Made by a program: the position numbers and the translations under genes. A stretch of 64,000 nt of DNA from Octopus vulgaris. Its lineage: Eukaryota. Shown piece after piece: positions 1 to 13,260 of the stretch. The stretch's first letter is position 1; each line of letters opens with the position of its first letter. Location of the stretch: contig OX597821.1 in the NCBI GenBank assembly GCA_951406725.2, positions 83,948,001 through 84,012,000 of the forward strand, written 5' to 3'. The notes under the pieces are model-generated. The model saw nothing but the letters and a program-made list of their open reading frames with translations. It made no database searches and had not been told where the DNA came from.

Positions 1-157
1 TGGGTGTTACGTTCTAAAACCTCCCACAGAAATAATTAAAATCTAAAAAAAAAATAGTAAATAAATACCTATCCGCCGCAGAAACCCGCGATATACTGAG
101 GAGACCGCGATAGATGAACCGCGATGTACTGAGTGCGCAGTAGGCGACAGGTTACTA
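1..157. mobile_element. End of a Tigger/pogo-like MITE (truncated by window edge)
   Basis: Repeated CCGCGAT subterminal motifs ending in ...GGTTACTATA next to a TA microsatellite; similar to the terminus at 11435-11517. Confidence 0.4.
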
Positions 158-215
158 TATATATGTGTATGTATGTATGTATGTATGTATGTATGTATGT
201 ATGTATATATGGATA

Positions 216-266
<51 letters not shown>

Positions 267-1311
267 TAAAGGTGCAGAGATTCAGCTTGCCCAGCATCAA
301 TAAAGGTGGAGTTGACCTTGCAAGGACTTTTCTTGTCAAGAAGAGCTAGGAAAAATGGAATGTAAATATCTCTCTCTACTAGTGGGATTTGAACTTAAAA
401 GTTTTGCTACTTCATCGACTACTCTATCAATTCTACCATCCACAGACTTTATTGATAATTTCTTTTATACTATTGTTCTTTTATTGCTTTTAATTCTTCG
501 ACTGCAACAATATGGCAATGCTGATGTACTAGTTTTTGTAGTATAGTCGATCATTGTCGAATATGCCGATCAAACTATTTACGGGGACTGGGCGAAAATT
601 TTGTCGGGTTTCGGATTAGGGGACCCATGTCTAATAAGAAAGAAAAAGATTACACCCAGCATTTGGGGAGCAAAAATACTTTTAAAAAATGAGGTTTTGA
701 AAAGAAATTTTTCAGGAATGTAATTACCACTATTTGAAACGCGGAAATGCTAAAAAGAAAAAAAAAGAAAAAAAGCAACAACAACAAAACCGCTCTTTTC
801 CTTTCCCATGAGGCACGAGGCTTCTAATCCCAATCTCCCCCAAGCTATCCCTTCCTACTTGGTGGGGGTGGAATTAGGAGATTCCAGTGCGGAAATTGTT
901 TTTGGATTGAAAAAGTCTCTATCATTATTCGCCCTGTTTTTTCTTTCTTTATTTTTATTTTTGCTGGGATTATTATCCCTGTTGTTGATTCTTTTAAGGA
1001 TATTAATATTCAATTAATATAAGGGTATATATTAACATCTATTATAATGTATGGAAGGCGCGTGGCCGAGTGGCTAAATGTGTTCGACTCACGATCATAA
1101 TGCCGCGGTTTCAACGTTATGCCCGCAGCGGGAAAATCAATGGCTGTCCCAGACAGTACACACTCTTGTTAAGTCACTGCGGCTATAACGTTGACACTTT
1201 CCGATTTCTGAAATAACGATGACGAGGGTAACACAGGGAAGAGTCAGGAACTATCAGCTGGACTTTACAGTCGGTTGAAAATCAGTTCTTTCATTCTATA
1301 AAGGTTTATCT

Positions 1312-1536
1312 TTTCCCTTTCACTTGTTTCAGCAATTGGACGGCAGCCATACGGTGGCATCGTCTTGAATGGTTTTAGTTGAACCAGTCGACTACAGCAA
1401 GTATTCCTATAAGCCTGGTACTTATTCTATCGGTCTCTTTCGGCTGAAATATTTAGTTACGTATAAGTAAAAAAACCAACACCGGTTGTCAAGCTGCGGT
1501 GAAGGAAGAACACAAACAGAAAGACACCACACGCGT

Positions 1537-1601
<65 letters not shown>

Positions 1602-1755
1602 GCGGCTTCTTTCAGCCAAATCCATTCACAAGGCTTCGGTGGGCCCGAGGCAATAGAAGAACAATAGAAGACGGAACTTGCTCAAAATATCACAGCAGCA
1701 GGACTGATACGGAACCATCATATGGTTAAGAAGCAAACACAACCACGTCTGTGCC
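1312..1755 (-). mobile_element. tRNA-derived SINE family A, degenerate copy
   Basis: Reverse complement aligns by eye with the copy at 3652-4069, including the internal microsatellite and the GAAACAAGTGAAA tail. Confidence 0.75.
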
Positions 1756-2256
1756 TGGTGGAGTATATGAACGACGGTTGGACGGCGATAACTTGATGTT
1801 TATCCACTGTCGCTTCTACTTCGTCACTTACAGTGTAACAGTGCTGAAGACAAGCCAGAACTGCAAACACTCTCTTAAGAATCATCTCCGTCTTGGTACC
1901 AATCTAAGAAGAGACGTTTATTGATTTCAAGAAAGTGAACATCTTTGGTTAAGAATGAGGATCACAATTCTTAATTTCTCCACAATAACTTTTTTTTCAC
2001 TTGTTTCAGTCATTAGTCTATGGCCATGCTGGGGCACCGTCTTTAAATTTCTTATTTTTAAATGTAGATTGACAGAATTGCTAGAGTGTCGTACTAAATG
2101 CCTTGCTGTAATTGTTTCGATCTTTTTTTTAAAGTTGAAAGCTCACTTCCCGCTGAAGTTAATCTTGACTTTCAACCTTCTTGTTGGAGTCAATAAAATA
2201 CAACAAATTGGACAGTGACTCCCTTGTAAAATTATCCTTCCATCAATCAATCAATC

Positions 2257-2498
<242 letters not shown>

Positions 2499-3518
2499 AG
2501 TTGTCTCCTGGGTATGCCTTTAAACTACATCCAGTTCGTAGGATACTGGTTGGGATATTCCAGCGTTTTGGGGAGTGTAGAACCACTATTGTTCCCAGGT
2601 CACATTTAATAGCATACGTGAGGGTCCCAGCTATGGTTTAACTAGCATGTTACGGAATAAAGCTCAAGCACAAACCCTCATTGCTTTGTGATTACCTCGG
2701 AAAAAGAAAATGTTAAGAGAGTCAACCTCGGTAACAATTCAAGGAGTGCAGTCCTTCAGGAGGTCCGATGCCCGCTTTGACACCCCACCGGCAGCACCAG
2801 TGTAGGTGGAATTCTCTATACCTGTAAGGCAATTCATCTACGAAGAGGCCACTCCAATGTAAAACCTATAGCTTGCTAGTCAACGCAGCCATCTTAACCT
2901 GTTGAGGCACTGTAGTCAGACCTCCAAGTCTAAAGAGTGGGATCGGATTGTGTGGACTAGCTCTCACTTTAGAACTACTAAGTGCAGGCAGGTAGAATAA
3001 CACTGCAGCGTCAAAGATCGGTTATTCTACCCACTTGAGGGCATACCACGCTTCCTTGTGATCTTTGGACATGAAGACACTGCCATCATCATTATCACTA
3101 TCATATATCATCATTATCATCATTATCACATATATATATATATATAATAATAGGTAGGGGGTTCCGAAAGGAGTCTCAGGAAGAAGCGTCCCTGCCTTCA
3201 AGAGTTAGTTTTCCACCACATTTCTTAAATATCATGGTAAAGGCCTTTATCTCGCGACCACTCATATCTAAAAACTGAGGTTAGGGGTAAGCAAGGGCAT
3301 GCACCCCGTAGAAAATCCATCTCCCAAAATGCCTTATGACCGCAAAGGAGAATGGGTACCATTTTAGAATATTCTAAAGTCATTTGATTTCCAGCAGGTT
3401 TAGCATGTGGGTTTCCGCCCTCGACCACCATCATGATTTATTCTCAATTCCCGACGCTAAACCATCCAGGAATATGGCTAAGATCGACTGGAACTTCATG
3501 GACGTGAGCTAGCTTATA

Positions 3519-4427
3519 ATATTTTCTTATCTATCGGTTTATGCAACTGTATGTAACTGCTCCTCTGTTCGCATCGCTAACTTCTTTTACCGACAACATT
3601 TACGACACCAGGTCGAAAAATATCATCGTTATAGCTTGTATTCTTCTACTAGGCGCAGGAGTGGCTGTGTAGTAAGTAGCTTGCTAACCAACCACATGGT
3701 TCCGGGTTCAGTCCCACTGCGTGGCATCTTGGGCAAGTGTCTTCTACTATAGCCCCGGGCCGACCAATGCCTTGTGAGTGGATTTAGTAGACGGAAACTG
3801 AAAGAAGCCCGTCGTATATATGTATATATATATATATGCGTGTGTGTGTTTGTGTGTCTGTGTTTGTCCCCCTAGCATTGCTTGACAACCGATCCTGGTG
3901 TGTTTATGTCCCCGTTACTTAGCGGTTCGGCAAAAGAGACCGATAGAATAAGTACTGGGCTTACAAAAAGAATAAGTTCCGGGGTCGAGTTGTTCGATTA
4001 AAGGCGGTGCTCCAGCATGGCCGCAGTCAAATGACTGAAACAAGTAAAAGAGTAAAGAGTAAAAGAGTAATGTTCCCACTTCGAGTTAGTCTCTGTGAGT
4101 TAGTATGTTGGTCGCAGTCACTATTGCAATGCGTCGTCCTATGTAAGCATGTAGGGTGATATCGCAAACTTAAGAGTACCATTTGTAGCGAAGATTCTGC
4201 GTACCACTATGGCAAATTTCCGCCACAGTCTTGTGTTTTCTCCCTCGTTACATATCCTTCAGTGATCCATTTTAGGTATTTCTCAGTCTGAGCTAACGTA
4301 CTGTATTATTTTCTTATTTATCAGGTTATGCTATTACATAAAACTGCTCCTCTGCTCGTGTCGTTAACTTCTTTTACCGACAACATTTACCGACACTAGA
4401 GGTCGAGCAATGTCATCGTTTATAGCT
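3519..4427 (+). repeat. Diverged direct repeat pair of ~115 bp (3519-3636 and 4307-4427)
   Basis: Both copies share AACTGCTCCTCTG...TAACTTCTTTTACCGACAACATTTAC...AGGTCGA...TCATCGTT.TAGCT. Confidence 0.8.
3652..4069 (+). mobile_element. tRNA-derived SINE family A, full length
   Basis: A-box TGGCTGTGTAG, B-box GGTTCAGTCCC, CORE-like CTTGGGCAAGT, internal (TA)/(TG) tract, 3' (GAGTAAAA)-type tail; many other copies in the window. Confidence 0.9.
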
Positions 4428-4688
4428 CTCTATGGCTTTACTTTTGCCCTTGGGCTAATGTTGAGTCCATGTATTTGCTACGTTGCTAAATGAGAAAGGA
4501 GTTCTTCGGCATTATGCAGGTGTTGTTGTTGTTGTTGTTGCTGCTGCTTTTAATATTGCTTTTGTTGTTCGGTGCTGCTACTCCTGTATTTCTTCTTCAA
4601 CAACAACAACAACAACAACGGTGTTGCTTTCTTGGCTCCCTTGGGGGGCGCATCACACGGGGATTGGCGCCTGCAACTCTAAACTCAC

Positions 4689-4754
4689 ATTGCTTGCTGG
4701 GGGAGATGGTGATCTTGCGCTTCGTGAGTAAGATGGCGGCGGCGACGTTATTCG
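4689..4754 (-). CDS. Candidate 66-nt internal exon (RITSPPPSYSRSARSPSPPASN) of an unidentified gene
   Basis: Minus strand: long (CT)n tract, TTCAG acceptor, 22 open codons in phase 0, GTGAGT donor. No homology recognised. Confidence 0.4.
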
Positions 4755-4783
4755 CTGAATATTTAGAGAGAGAGAGAGAGAGA

Positions 4784-4833
<50 letters not shown>

Positions 4834-5474
4834 GAAAGACAGAGAGAGAGATAAAGAGAGAGAGAGGAAGAGAGAGACAGAGAGACAGAGAGAGCAGGCT
4901 GACTAGCGATTCTGTTAATATGTGGGGTAGGAGAGACAACAAACAGACTAACTTCTGTGCCCACTACTCTCCTCTTCAGATCCAAACTAGCTACTAAAAA
5001 ATCATTTTAAAACATATTTAACAGAGGATTTTTGGAACAGGTATAGAAGCCTACTCCAAGTCAATAGGTAAGAAGCCATACATTTTGGCTGATAGATTAG
5101 CCAATTAAACTGACTGCAGTATTTCATTGGTAATTAGTTCTTTTAGATCACGGAACGATAAAAGTCAAATTTGACTTCGGCGGGATTTGAACTTAGAATA
5201 TATGGACGGAACAAAGATTGCAAAGGATTTTGTCCGACGCCCTGAAAGTTCTACCAAGCTACCTTCGGTGATATTTCATTGATTAAAAAAATTGTTTTTC
5301 ATGGAATTGTTTAAGGAAAAAGAATGTTTGTCACTAAATCTCTAACATCATTCATTCGAATGTTTCTTAAGAAAGAATTTTGGGGCGGGTGGGGTGGCTT
5401 ATCTTCCACTCCCTTCACAGATATTTCCGTTTTGCTGTTTAAACAACCCCTTTAGCTAGTCTGATAAAGACAGA

Positions 5475-5536
<62 letters not shown>

Positions 5537-5782
5537 CATGTTCATGCATACACACATACGCACACATACATACATACATACATACATGCAAGTATATATG
5601 TATATATATGTATATATATGTGTGTGTATGTACATATATAAGCATTTATATATTATATGTATATATATATATATATATATATGAATGTATGTATATATAT
5701 ATATGTGTGTGAATGTATGTATATATATATATATGCGTGTGTGTATGTACATATATAAGCATTTATATATTTTATGTATATG

Positions 5783-5846
<64 letters not shown>

Positions 5847-5871
5847 TGTATGTATAGAGATTAATACTTAC

Positions 5872-6047
5872 ATTGTAGCTACACCTGCCTATATGTGTAG
5901 CAGGGGAGATGCAGATTCACTGATAGCCGCGTTGCCTCTGGGAATGAGTTTCACTAACACACTTCTAATATTCAAAGACTCGGGAACAGCTTTTAACGAA
6001 GCCATAGTCTGCAGTCTTCTAACATCCCGCCGTATCTCGGAAATCAA
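5872..6047 (-). CDS. Candidate exon, 52 codons ([24 protein letters not shown]...PLLHI) then TAG
   Basis: Unique non-repetitive island between microsatellites; AAG acceptor, protein-like frame, GTAAGT donor 17 nt after the stop. Confidence 0.35.
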
Positions 6048-6074
6048 CTTCAACAGCAGCAGCAACAACAACAA

Positions 6075-6109
<35 letters not shown>

Positions 6110-6157
6110 ACAACAACAACAACAAAAGCAACTTTGTTTTATTTGCCACAAGGGCGT

Positions 6158-6373
6158 TTTATTCCTTTACTTGTTTCAGCCATTTGACTGCGGCCATGCT
6201 GGAGCGCCGCCTTTGGTCGAGCAAATCGACCACAGAACTCATTCCTTGTAAGCCTAGTATTTATTCTATCGGTCGCTTTTTGCCGAACCGCTAACGCAAA
6301 CACACCAGCATCGGTTGTCAAGCGATGGTGGGGGCAGAAACACAGACACACAAACGTACATACATACATACAT

Positions 6374-6457
<84 letters not shown>

Positions 6458-6618
6458 GACGGACTTTTTTCAGTTTCCGTCTACCAAATCCACTCACAGG
6501 GCTTTGGTTGACTCGAGGCTATAGTAGAAGACACTTGCCCAAGGTGCCATGCAGTGGGTCTGAACCCGGAACCATGTGGTTCGTAAGCAAGCTACTTACC
6601 ACACAGCCCCTCCTGCGC
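6158..6618 (-). mobile_element. SINE family A, full length
   Basis: Reverse complement of the 3652-4069 element. Confidence 0.9.
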
Positions 6619-6793
6619 CAATATATACATAAAAATATAACGTTGAAATGTTGATACGAAGTTTATGAAAAACACGGATGAGACTACATAATATACGTGG
6701 AGTTTATACAATGAATATATTAAAAATTCTTTATTGAAAAATATAGAAGAAATATAAAATCATATACAAACACATGAATAGAATACTTTATAT

Positions 6794-6937
6794 CAGGCAT
6801 GGGCAACATTTTTCGGGAAGTGGGCCGCATGAGAAGGGAATCGTAATCTAGCGGGCCGCGATACTTTAGTAAGGTAATCTTTTTTTATTATGCACGCTAT
6901 TCAGAAAGTTTCGCGGACCTCAGTGTGCCCTTGACTG
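6794..6937. mobile_element. hAT (Charlie-like) MITE
   Basis: Imperfect TIRs CAGGCATGGGCA / TGCCCTTGACTG; related copy at 38610-38737. Confidence 0.55.
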
Positions 6938-7599
6938 CTCTAAACCAGTGGCCCCCGCCAAAATTTTCGGGCTTCCACTCCTTTGGCACCCGGGCCACAT
7001 TCCTATCGCCAATCTCCCACTCAGTACCACAAATATAGACCACCTTCTCCCGCAAATTGAAAACAACTGTATTTCACAAATAAAACTTAACCTAATTACA
7101 CTGCTATTTTGTTGTTTTTACATCCATCGCCCCTTTTTGACCATTCCATTATCGCCCCACTTTTCTTCAACGCTATCTGGATCTTCCTACGCCCCGCCAA
7201 AGGGGCAGTCCCGCCCACTTTGATATCCACTACTCTAAACAATGAAGACTTTGGGTCACCTACTTGGCGAATTCACAAGCTATGCCTGATTAGAACATGT
7301 CACCACACTTCCACCCATGACCCTCATTATATTAAAACTGATTACAACCGGAGACAGTCGTATTTTTCCACACCTTTTTTTTTCCATTGACCGAACTAAA
7401 AAAAACCCATCCAATGTCTTCGGGCTGTTTCTGATTGATGCTCTGTAAATTATACCAGGCAACAAATTCATATTTATTTATTCTTTCTTCTGTTACAAAC
7501 ATCAAGAATTATGTAACCAAATACCTCATCGCTTTTATTTTTATTTTTTCCTGTTACCGAAAGGCAAATTCGTATTGAGAAGTGAAACGTTGTTGAACT

Positions 7600-9880
7600 C
7601 CCTTCGTTTATCATTTCCTGGAACCAGTAACAATCACTTATCCTGTCTCAGTTGAAGTTCCCTTGATATCCACTGCCATGACGATGATCTTCTTGTGGAA
7701 ACACTCATCAAACTCATCTCTTATTGCTCTAAAGTTGGTAAGAAAGAAGTCCGAAGGTTTAGGTGACACCCTAGCCCCATTCTTTCTTACAACCTTCGCA
7801 TGTTATATACCAGTTTCCACATTAGTTTCCAGCTCCGTGATTCTCAAGTAAGTTTTTAACAGCTTCAACGAAACATACCGTCTTCAAGTACTTTGGTGGA
7901 GAACAATGAGTCATAGAGGACACTTATCGAAAAGTGAAAATCTCAGCTTTATCTTTACATCTGACCGTATTCCATTTAATTCGTTCCTAAAATATTGAAA
8001 ACTATGACAAAATATTTCACGAGTTTAATACTAATGTGAAGTGATGGAAGATATCAACCAATGCTGAGTGTTGTACATTATATTCATTTCTAGATCGTCT
8101 ATCAGGTTTATTACCTCCGCCTTAACGAGGGCGGAGGTACTGTTTTCAGTTGTGTTTGTTTGTCCATGGACAAGATATCTCAAGAACTGCTGGATGGATT
8201 CGGATGAAGCTTTCAGGAATGTTTGGCCTCGTGACTGGCATGCACTGATTAAATGTTGTGATCGATCCGGTACCGGACAATGATTCTGGAATATTTTTCT
8301 TTCTTTATTTTTTTTACTTAATTTTTGAGATTGGTCGGGTTCATTTTTGCTATTCTCGTTTGTGAGAGCAGTCGAGTTTATTTCAGATATTCTCATTTTA
8401 AAAATCATCTCTGGCTAATCGTTGAGAGGACGTTGGTGTTGCCTTAGCGGAGGCTTGGGCTCTCTGAGTGCTCTTATATTTGTTTTTATCGTCTCTGCTA
8501 TTCAGACACAAGAAACACATATGATTTGTGTAACCCAAACGTACACAAAGAAGCAACAATATCTTTAAGGTTGCTGCAAGCATTCTCTGTCTGCTCCTTG
8601 TATTTGATGAGCCTTTAGCAGTTGTTCTACGGTTTCATGAGATTCATTCAGGTCACTGGCATCTGCTATAAATATCGAAGGTTTCTCATTGGCACTCTTA
8701 GCTATGGGAGTATGGCGAGGGAGCGGTTTCTATGGGGGCAACACTTTTGGATTTGCTATATAAGCCTATACAGCGGGTGGGTTGAAGGAGTGGCGGCAAA
8801 CGTATGAGCTGCAGCGGGTAGCAAACACTCTGAGCTACACAAGTAACCAAGACAACTTCACGACGCACTTTTCTCGGTTTCTTAGGATCACATTTACGGT
8901 CAATCTCTTGTATCAGACACTACTCACATCACTGTAAAAACAAACGCTTTTCATTAAATAAAACGATCAATGCTTCATATGAGGATGGAGAAAATAGGGC
9001 AGTATACTATTTGGTTGAAAAAGATTCCATTCTTTGAAGTCTGGAAGGAAGCACTTTTACCTTTTCTTTTGTTAATTCCAGATTGCACACCAAGTCGTTT
9101 AACTCTGACTTAGCAGATGTAGGCAACTGGAACGACCAACTTCCATATCATTAGCGGAATCTTCATAAGAACTGTTGTCTCTGATCGCTGAGATGGAACT
9201 GGGGGTGGATCTGCTTCGTTAAGTGGCTCCAATTCCAAGACTGATTGATAGTGTAGGTATTATTAATATGGCCTGCAACAACATGCTATCATTTGCCTGT
9301 CATCTGTATATCAGCTTTATGCCTTCCACTTCAAACATCTTCGTTTTTATCAGTTTTATCGACGACCAAATTGGAGCATGTTACTTATTTTTTCCGTAGA
9401 GGGGGTTCTTCGTGTCTTCCACAAACCTGTTTTCTCTCGTTGACCTCGTTTCTTTTTCTTCCCCCGCCCCCTTTTTTTTTCTCAACAACTGTCTATTACA
9501 TTTCTGTTTTTTCCATTCGCTCTCTATCGTTGCAAATGGATGGAGTTGAATTACTGAGAGGATAGGAGCTACAGCATCGTTTGCTATGGTATCAAAGAAG
9601 CGAGACTCTCCACCATTTCCGGAGCTTCGCTAGCAGTGCTGTATGAATAGCAGCCCCAGGAGACCGCGGTGGCTCTAGTTGATCCCCCTTCTCTCCCTCT
9701 CTTTCTTTCTTCCAGCTGCTCAGGGCGGAAAGATTCCCAATGGTCATTACTACCACAAGTATAATATCTGGTATTTTTTGTCTGGACAATCAACCTCATT
9801 GTACATGATATGTTTCTGCGCCCGCAGCAGGGACACAGTGATGGAATGACTGTTGTCACGAGGGGTCATAAGGATTTCCA
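7600..9880 (-). pseudogene. Decayed coding sequence, possibly the gag-like ORF1 of a DIRS-type retrotransposon
   Basis: Microsatellite-free region with successive broken minus-strand frames. N-terminal Cys-rich block SLCPCCGRRNISC...C.S.DHWESF, central ORF 8031-8408, downstream KIKLRFS...DSLFSTKVLE. Family is recalled resemblance only. Confidence 0.4.
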
Positions 9881-10282
9881 AATCCATATTGACTCAGAGT
9901 ATATATCGTTCCTCGTTATCTCCGCATTAACCATGCACCCATATTGCACTACATAGGTGGAAACAGGTCAGGTAGGGGTCATTGTTGCAGTCAGTACCTT
10001 GGACTATCACCCTTGGTTTCTACTGATCCTTCTACTGTCGAACAAGACTATGGCCGGATGTAAATATTACTATCTCTACTTGATATTTTGCGCTACCCCC
10101 AATCCCGGAAAGGTGGTAGACTTACCGTATATTTTGTCTCTCTTGATAAACCAGATATTACCCAGTTCACTGATCAGAGCTTCGTATCATACGTCTTCAG
10201 AGAGCATACAGAATGGTAAACCTTCCACACTCCTCTGCTCACAAATTTATATCACTTTCTTTTTACCTACTCTTGGACAACT

Positions 10283-10580
10283 GTGGGGGCACACGAGCCA
10301 GTGGTTAGAGCAGCGGACTCGCGGTCGAGGGATCGCGAGTTCGAATCTCAGACAGGCCGATGTGTGTGTTTATGAGCGAAACACCTAAGCTCCACGCGGC
10401 TCCGGCAGAAGGTGATGGCGAACTTCTACTGATTCTTTCGCCACAACTTTTTCTCACTATTTCCTCCTGCATCATGCAGCTCACCTGCGACGGACCGGCG
10501 TCCCGTCCAGGTGGGGAACCTATACGCCAAGGAAACCGGAAAACCGGCCCTAATGAGCCAGACACGGCGCGAGAAGGAAC
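10283..10580 (+). mobile_element. tRNA-derived SINE family C head with an alternative 3' tail
   Basis: A-box AGCCAGTGG, B-box GAGTTCGAATC; body matches 15854-16241 as far as CACAACTTT, then diverges (CCTGCGACGGACCGGCGTCCCGTCCAGG). Confidence 0.75.
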
Positions 10581-11126
10581 AAATTCTTGGACAAATTCCT
10601 CGCGCAAGAAAATATAGTTAAGATATATTCACGTGAAACAACCCTGTCACACGTGATCTCTCTGAGTGGACCTTAGCTATATTCTTTCAGCACAACTTTC
10701 TCTCACTCTTTCTTCCTACTTCTGCCACAAAGCAGAGGAACCATGGTGTAACACCCTTATGGTGTGGTAAACTTTCAGACCCTAGTCTAGATTGCGAATC
10801 CTCTGTACCCCAGGATGGTTCAGCTCTCCACCCGTTAAAAGCCACCGTTTACGGAATGAGGATAACAACGTAGCTTTCGCGCCCGTGCAACAGCCAGTCT
10901 ATCGCGTGTGGTGGGTGGATCTTCAAGTTGCCACACGCATTCTTAGTAGCTTAGAGTAGGCTCGAATTAGAGATTATTCTTTGTGGTTAATGGCGTGAGT
11001 CCTGATTGGAAAAAGAAAAAGAACAACAACAACAGCAACGCCGACGACGACAAGCTAAGATAAATTCCAAGACTATTATTTACGCTTACGTCCGTCCATT
11101 CCTCTGTGGTTTTGCGTCGTCCCACG

Positions 11127-11402
11127 AGACGGAAACTGAAAGAATCCCGTAGTATATATATGTGTGCGTGTGTGTGTGTGTGTGTATGTACGTATGTATG
11201 TATGTTTGTGTGTGGGTTTGTGGGTGTTTGTCCCCCACCATCATTTGACAACCGATGCTGGTGTGTTTACGTCCCCGTAACTTAGCGGTTCGGTAAGAAG
11301 TGACCGATAGAGTAGGTTCTGGGGTTGATTTGCTCGACTAAAAGTGGTGCTCCAGCATAGTCGCAGTCAAATGGCTGAAACAAGTAAAAGAATAAAAGAA
11401 TA
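11127..11402 (+). mobile_element. SINE family A, 5'-truncated
   Basis: Begins at AGACGGAAACTGAAAGAA and runs to the AAAAGAAT tail. Confidence 0.85.
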
Positions 11403-11434
11403 AATTATAAAAATGATTTTAAAAATATGCAATA

Positions 11435-11517
11435 TAGTACTGTTTCTACTTCGCGGATTTTCACCTATCGCGAGGGTCTTTAGACAATAGCCCCGCGATA
11501 GTCGAGGGATTACTGTA
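11435..11517. mobile_element. Tigger/pogo-like MITE terminus
   Basis: Ends ...CGCGATAGTCGAGGGATTACTG-TA, the reverse complement of a TA-CAGTAATCCCTCG terminus. Confidence 0.55.
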
Positions 11518-11587
11518 TATGTATAAGGCAAGGTATGTGAGTGTAAGTATGAATTTTTGTGCGCGAGCATATGTGTGTTTGTGTGTA

Positions 11588-11619
<32 letters not shown>

Positions 11620-11687
11620 AGAGAAAGAGAACGCTTGTATGTATGTGTGTGTGTTAGTATGTGTAATTTGTGAATAGTTGAATGTCA

Positions 11688-11718
<31 letters not shown>

Positions 11719-11727
11719 CGGTTAAGA

Positions 11728-11946
11728 ATATTCTTTTCTACTCTAGGCACAAGGCCCGAAATTTTTGCGGAGGGAGCCAGTCGATTAGATCGACCCCAGT
11801 ACGCAACTGGTACTTAAATTATCGCCCCCGAAAGGATGAAAGGCAAAGTTGACCTCGGAGGAATTTGAACTCAGAATGTAGCGGGAGACGGAATACGGCT
11901 ACGCATTTCGCCCGGCGTGCTAACGTTTCTGCCAGCTCGCCGCCTT
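11728..11946 (-). mobile_element. tRNA-derived SINE family B, full length (tail type 1)
   Basis: Head GGCGGCGAGCTGGCAGAAACGTTAGC, B-box GAGTTCAAATTCC, tail CCTTGTGCCTAGAGTAGAAAAG. Confidence 0.9.
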
Positions 11947-12005
11947 GTAGGTAAAAATATGCATATGTATGTATGCGTATGGATATATCTGAGCGTATGT
12001 ACAAG

Positions 12006-12068
<63 letters not shown>

Positions 12069-13057
12069 AATATGTGCATCTGATTGTAAATATGTGTGGG
12101 AGCATAGATTTTTTTGTTATGCGCCTGTATCTATGTATATCTTGTCGTTATCTGGTCCCACGTCCGCCTTCCCTAAATATTTTGCCAAAGGCGTCCCTAG
12201 TTATCATTAGACATTTACTTAAGTTCCTTTTTATGAAAAAAAGTTTCTTCTTTACTTTATTGTAATATGAGAGAAATTCGACTGCTATTTCTAGTATGTC
12301 GAGATGCCAAATAGGGGCTCCCTTATTGCCGTTGTCTGTAAAGGAGGCTGTGGAACCGTCTCTGTATTACAAGGGATATCTGCAGTAAGTAATGAGGAAT
12401 GCAGCAAGAACCCACAATGGTTGGGATGGCCGAGATGGTGGTGGTGGCAGCATGGTAGTGGAGGGGTTGGCGGAGGTGGTGGTGGTGGTGGTGGCATGGT
12501 AGTGGAGGGGTTGGCGGAGGTGGTGGTGGCATGGTGATGGTGGTGATGGTGATACATTGGGATTTTGGTGGTGGTGGTGGTGGTGATAGTGATTTTGGTG
12601 GTGGTGATGATGGTGGAGGTGGTGATGAAAGTGGTGGTGCATGGGTAGTAGTAGTAGTAGAAGTGGTGGTGGTAGTGATGGTGGTAGTGGTTGAGGTAGT
12701 TGTGGTAGTAGTAGTAGTGTTTGAAGTAGTAGTGGTAGTGATGGTAATAGTGGTGATAGTTGTGGAGGTTGTGGTTGTAGTGTTAATGGTGGTGGTGTTA
12801 GTAGTTGTGGTAGTAGTAGTAGGAGCAGTAGCGGCGGTCTGGGGGTGGAGTGGTAGGGTGTGATTCTGTTTGTGTTGATGATGGTATGGAATGGTGGCGG
12901 CGGCGACGGTGATTGTGGTGGTGGCGGTGCTGCTGCTACTGATGATGATGATGATGGCTGGTTGGTGGGTTGGTTGGTCGCTTCCATGTTTAATGTCCGA
13001 TTCCTTACATACATATACACACACATATATGTTTGTATATGTATATATATATATGTG

Positions 13058-13104
<47 letters not shown>

Positions 13105-13158
13105 TGTCGTGTCTGGGGGGGAGAGTCATTCTCTTTTAGTGCCTTAGATAATAGATAG

Positions 13159-13260
<102 letters not shown>

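Noticed and set aside
4730-4765. AAGATGGCGGCG as YY1 site or + strand start codon
   Set aside because: The frame runs into (GA)n after 11 codons; the minus-strand exon reading fits better, though neither is proven.
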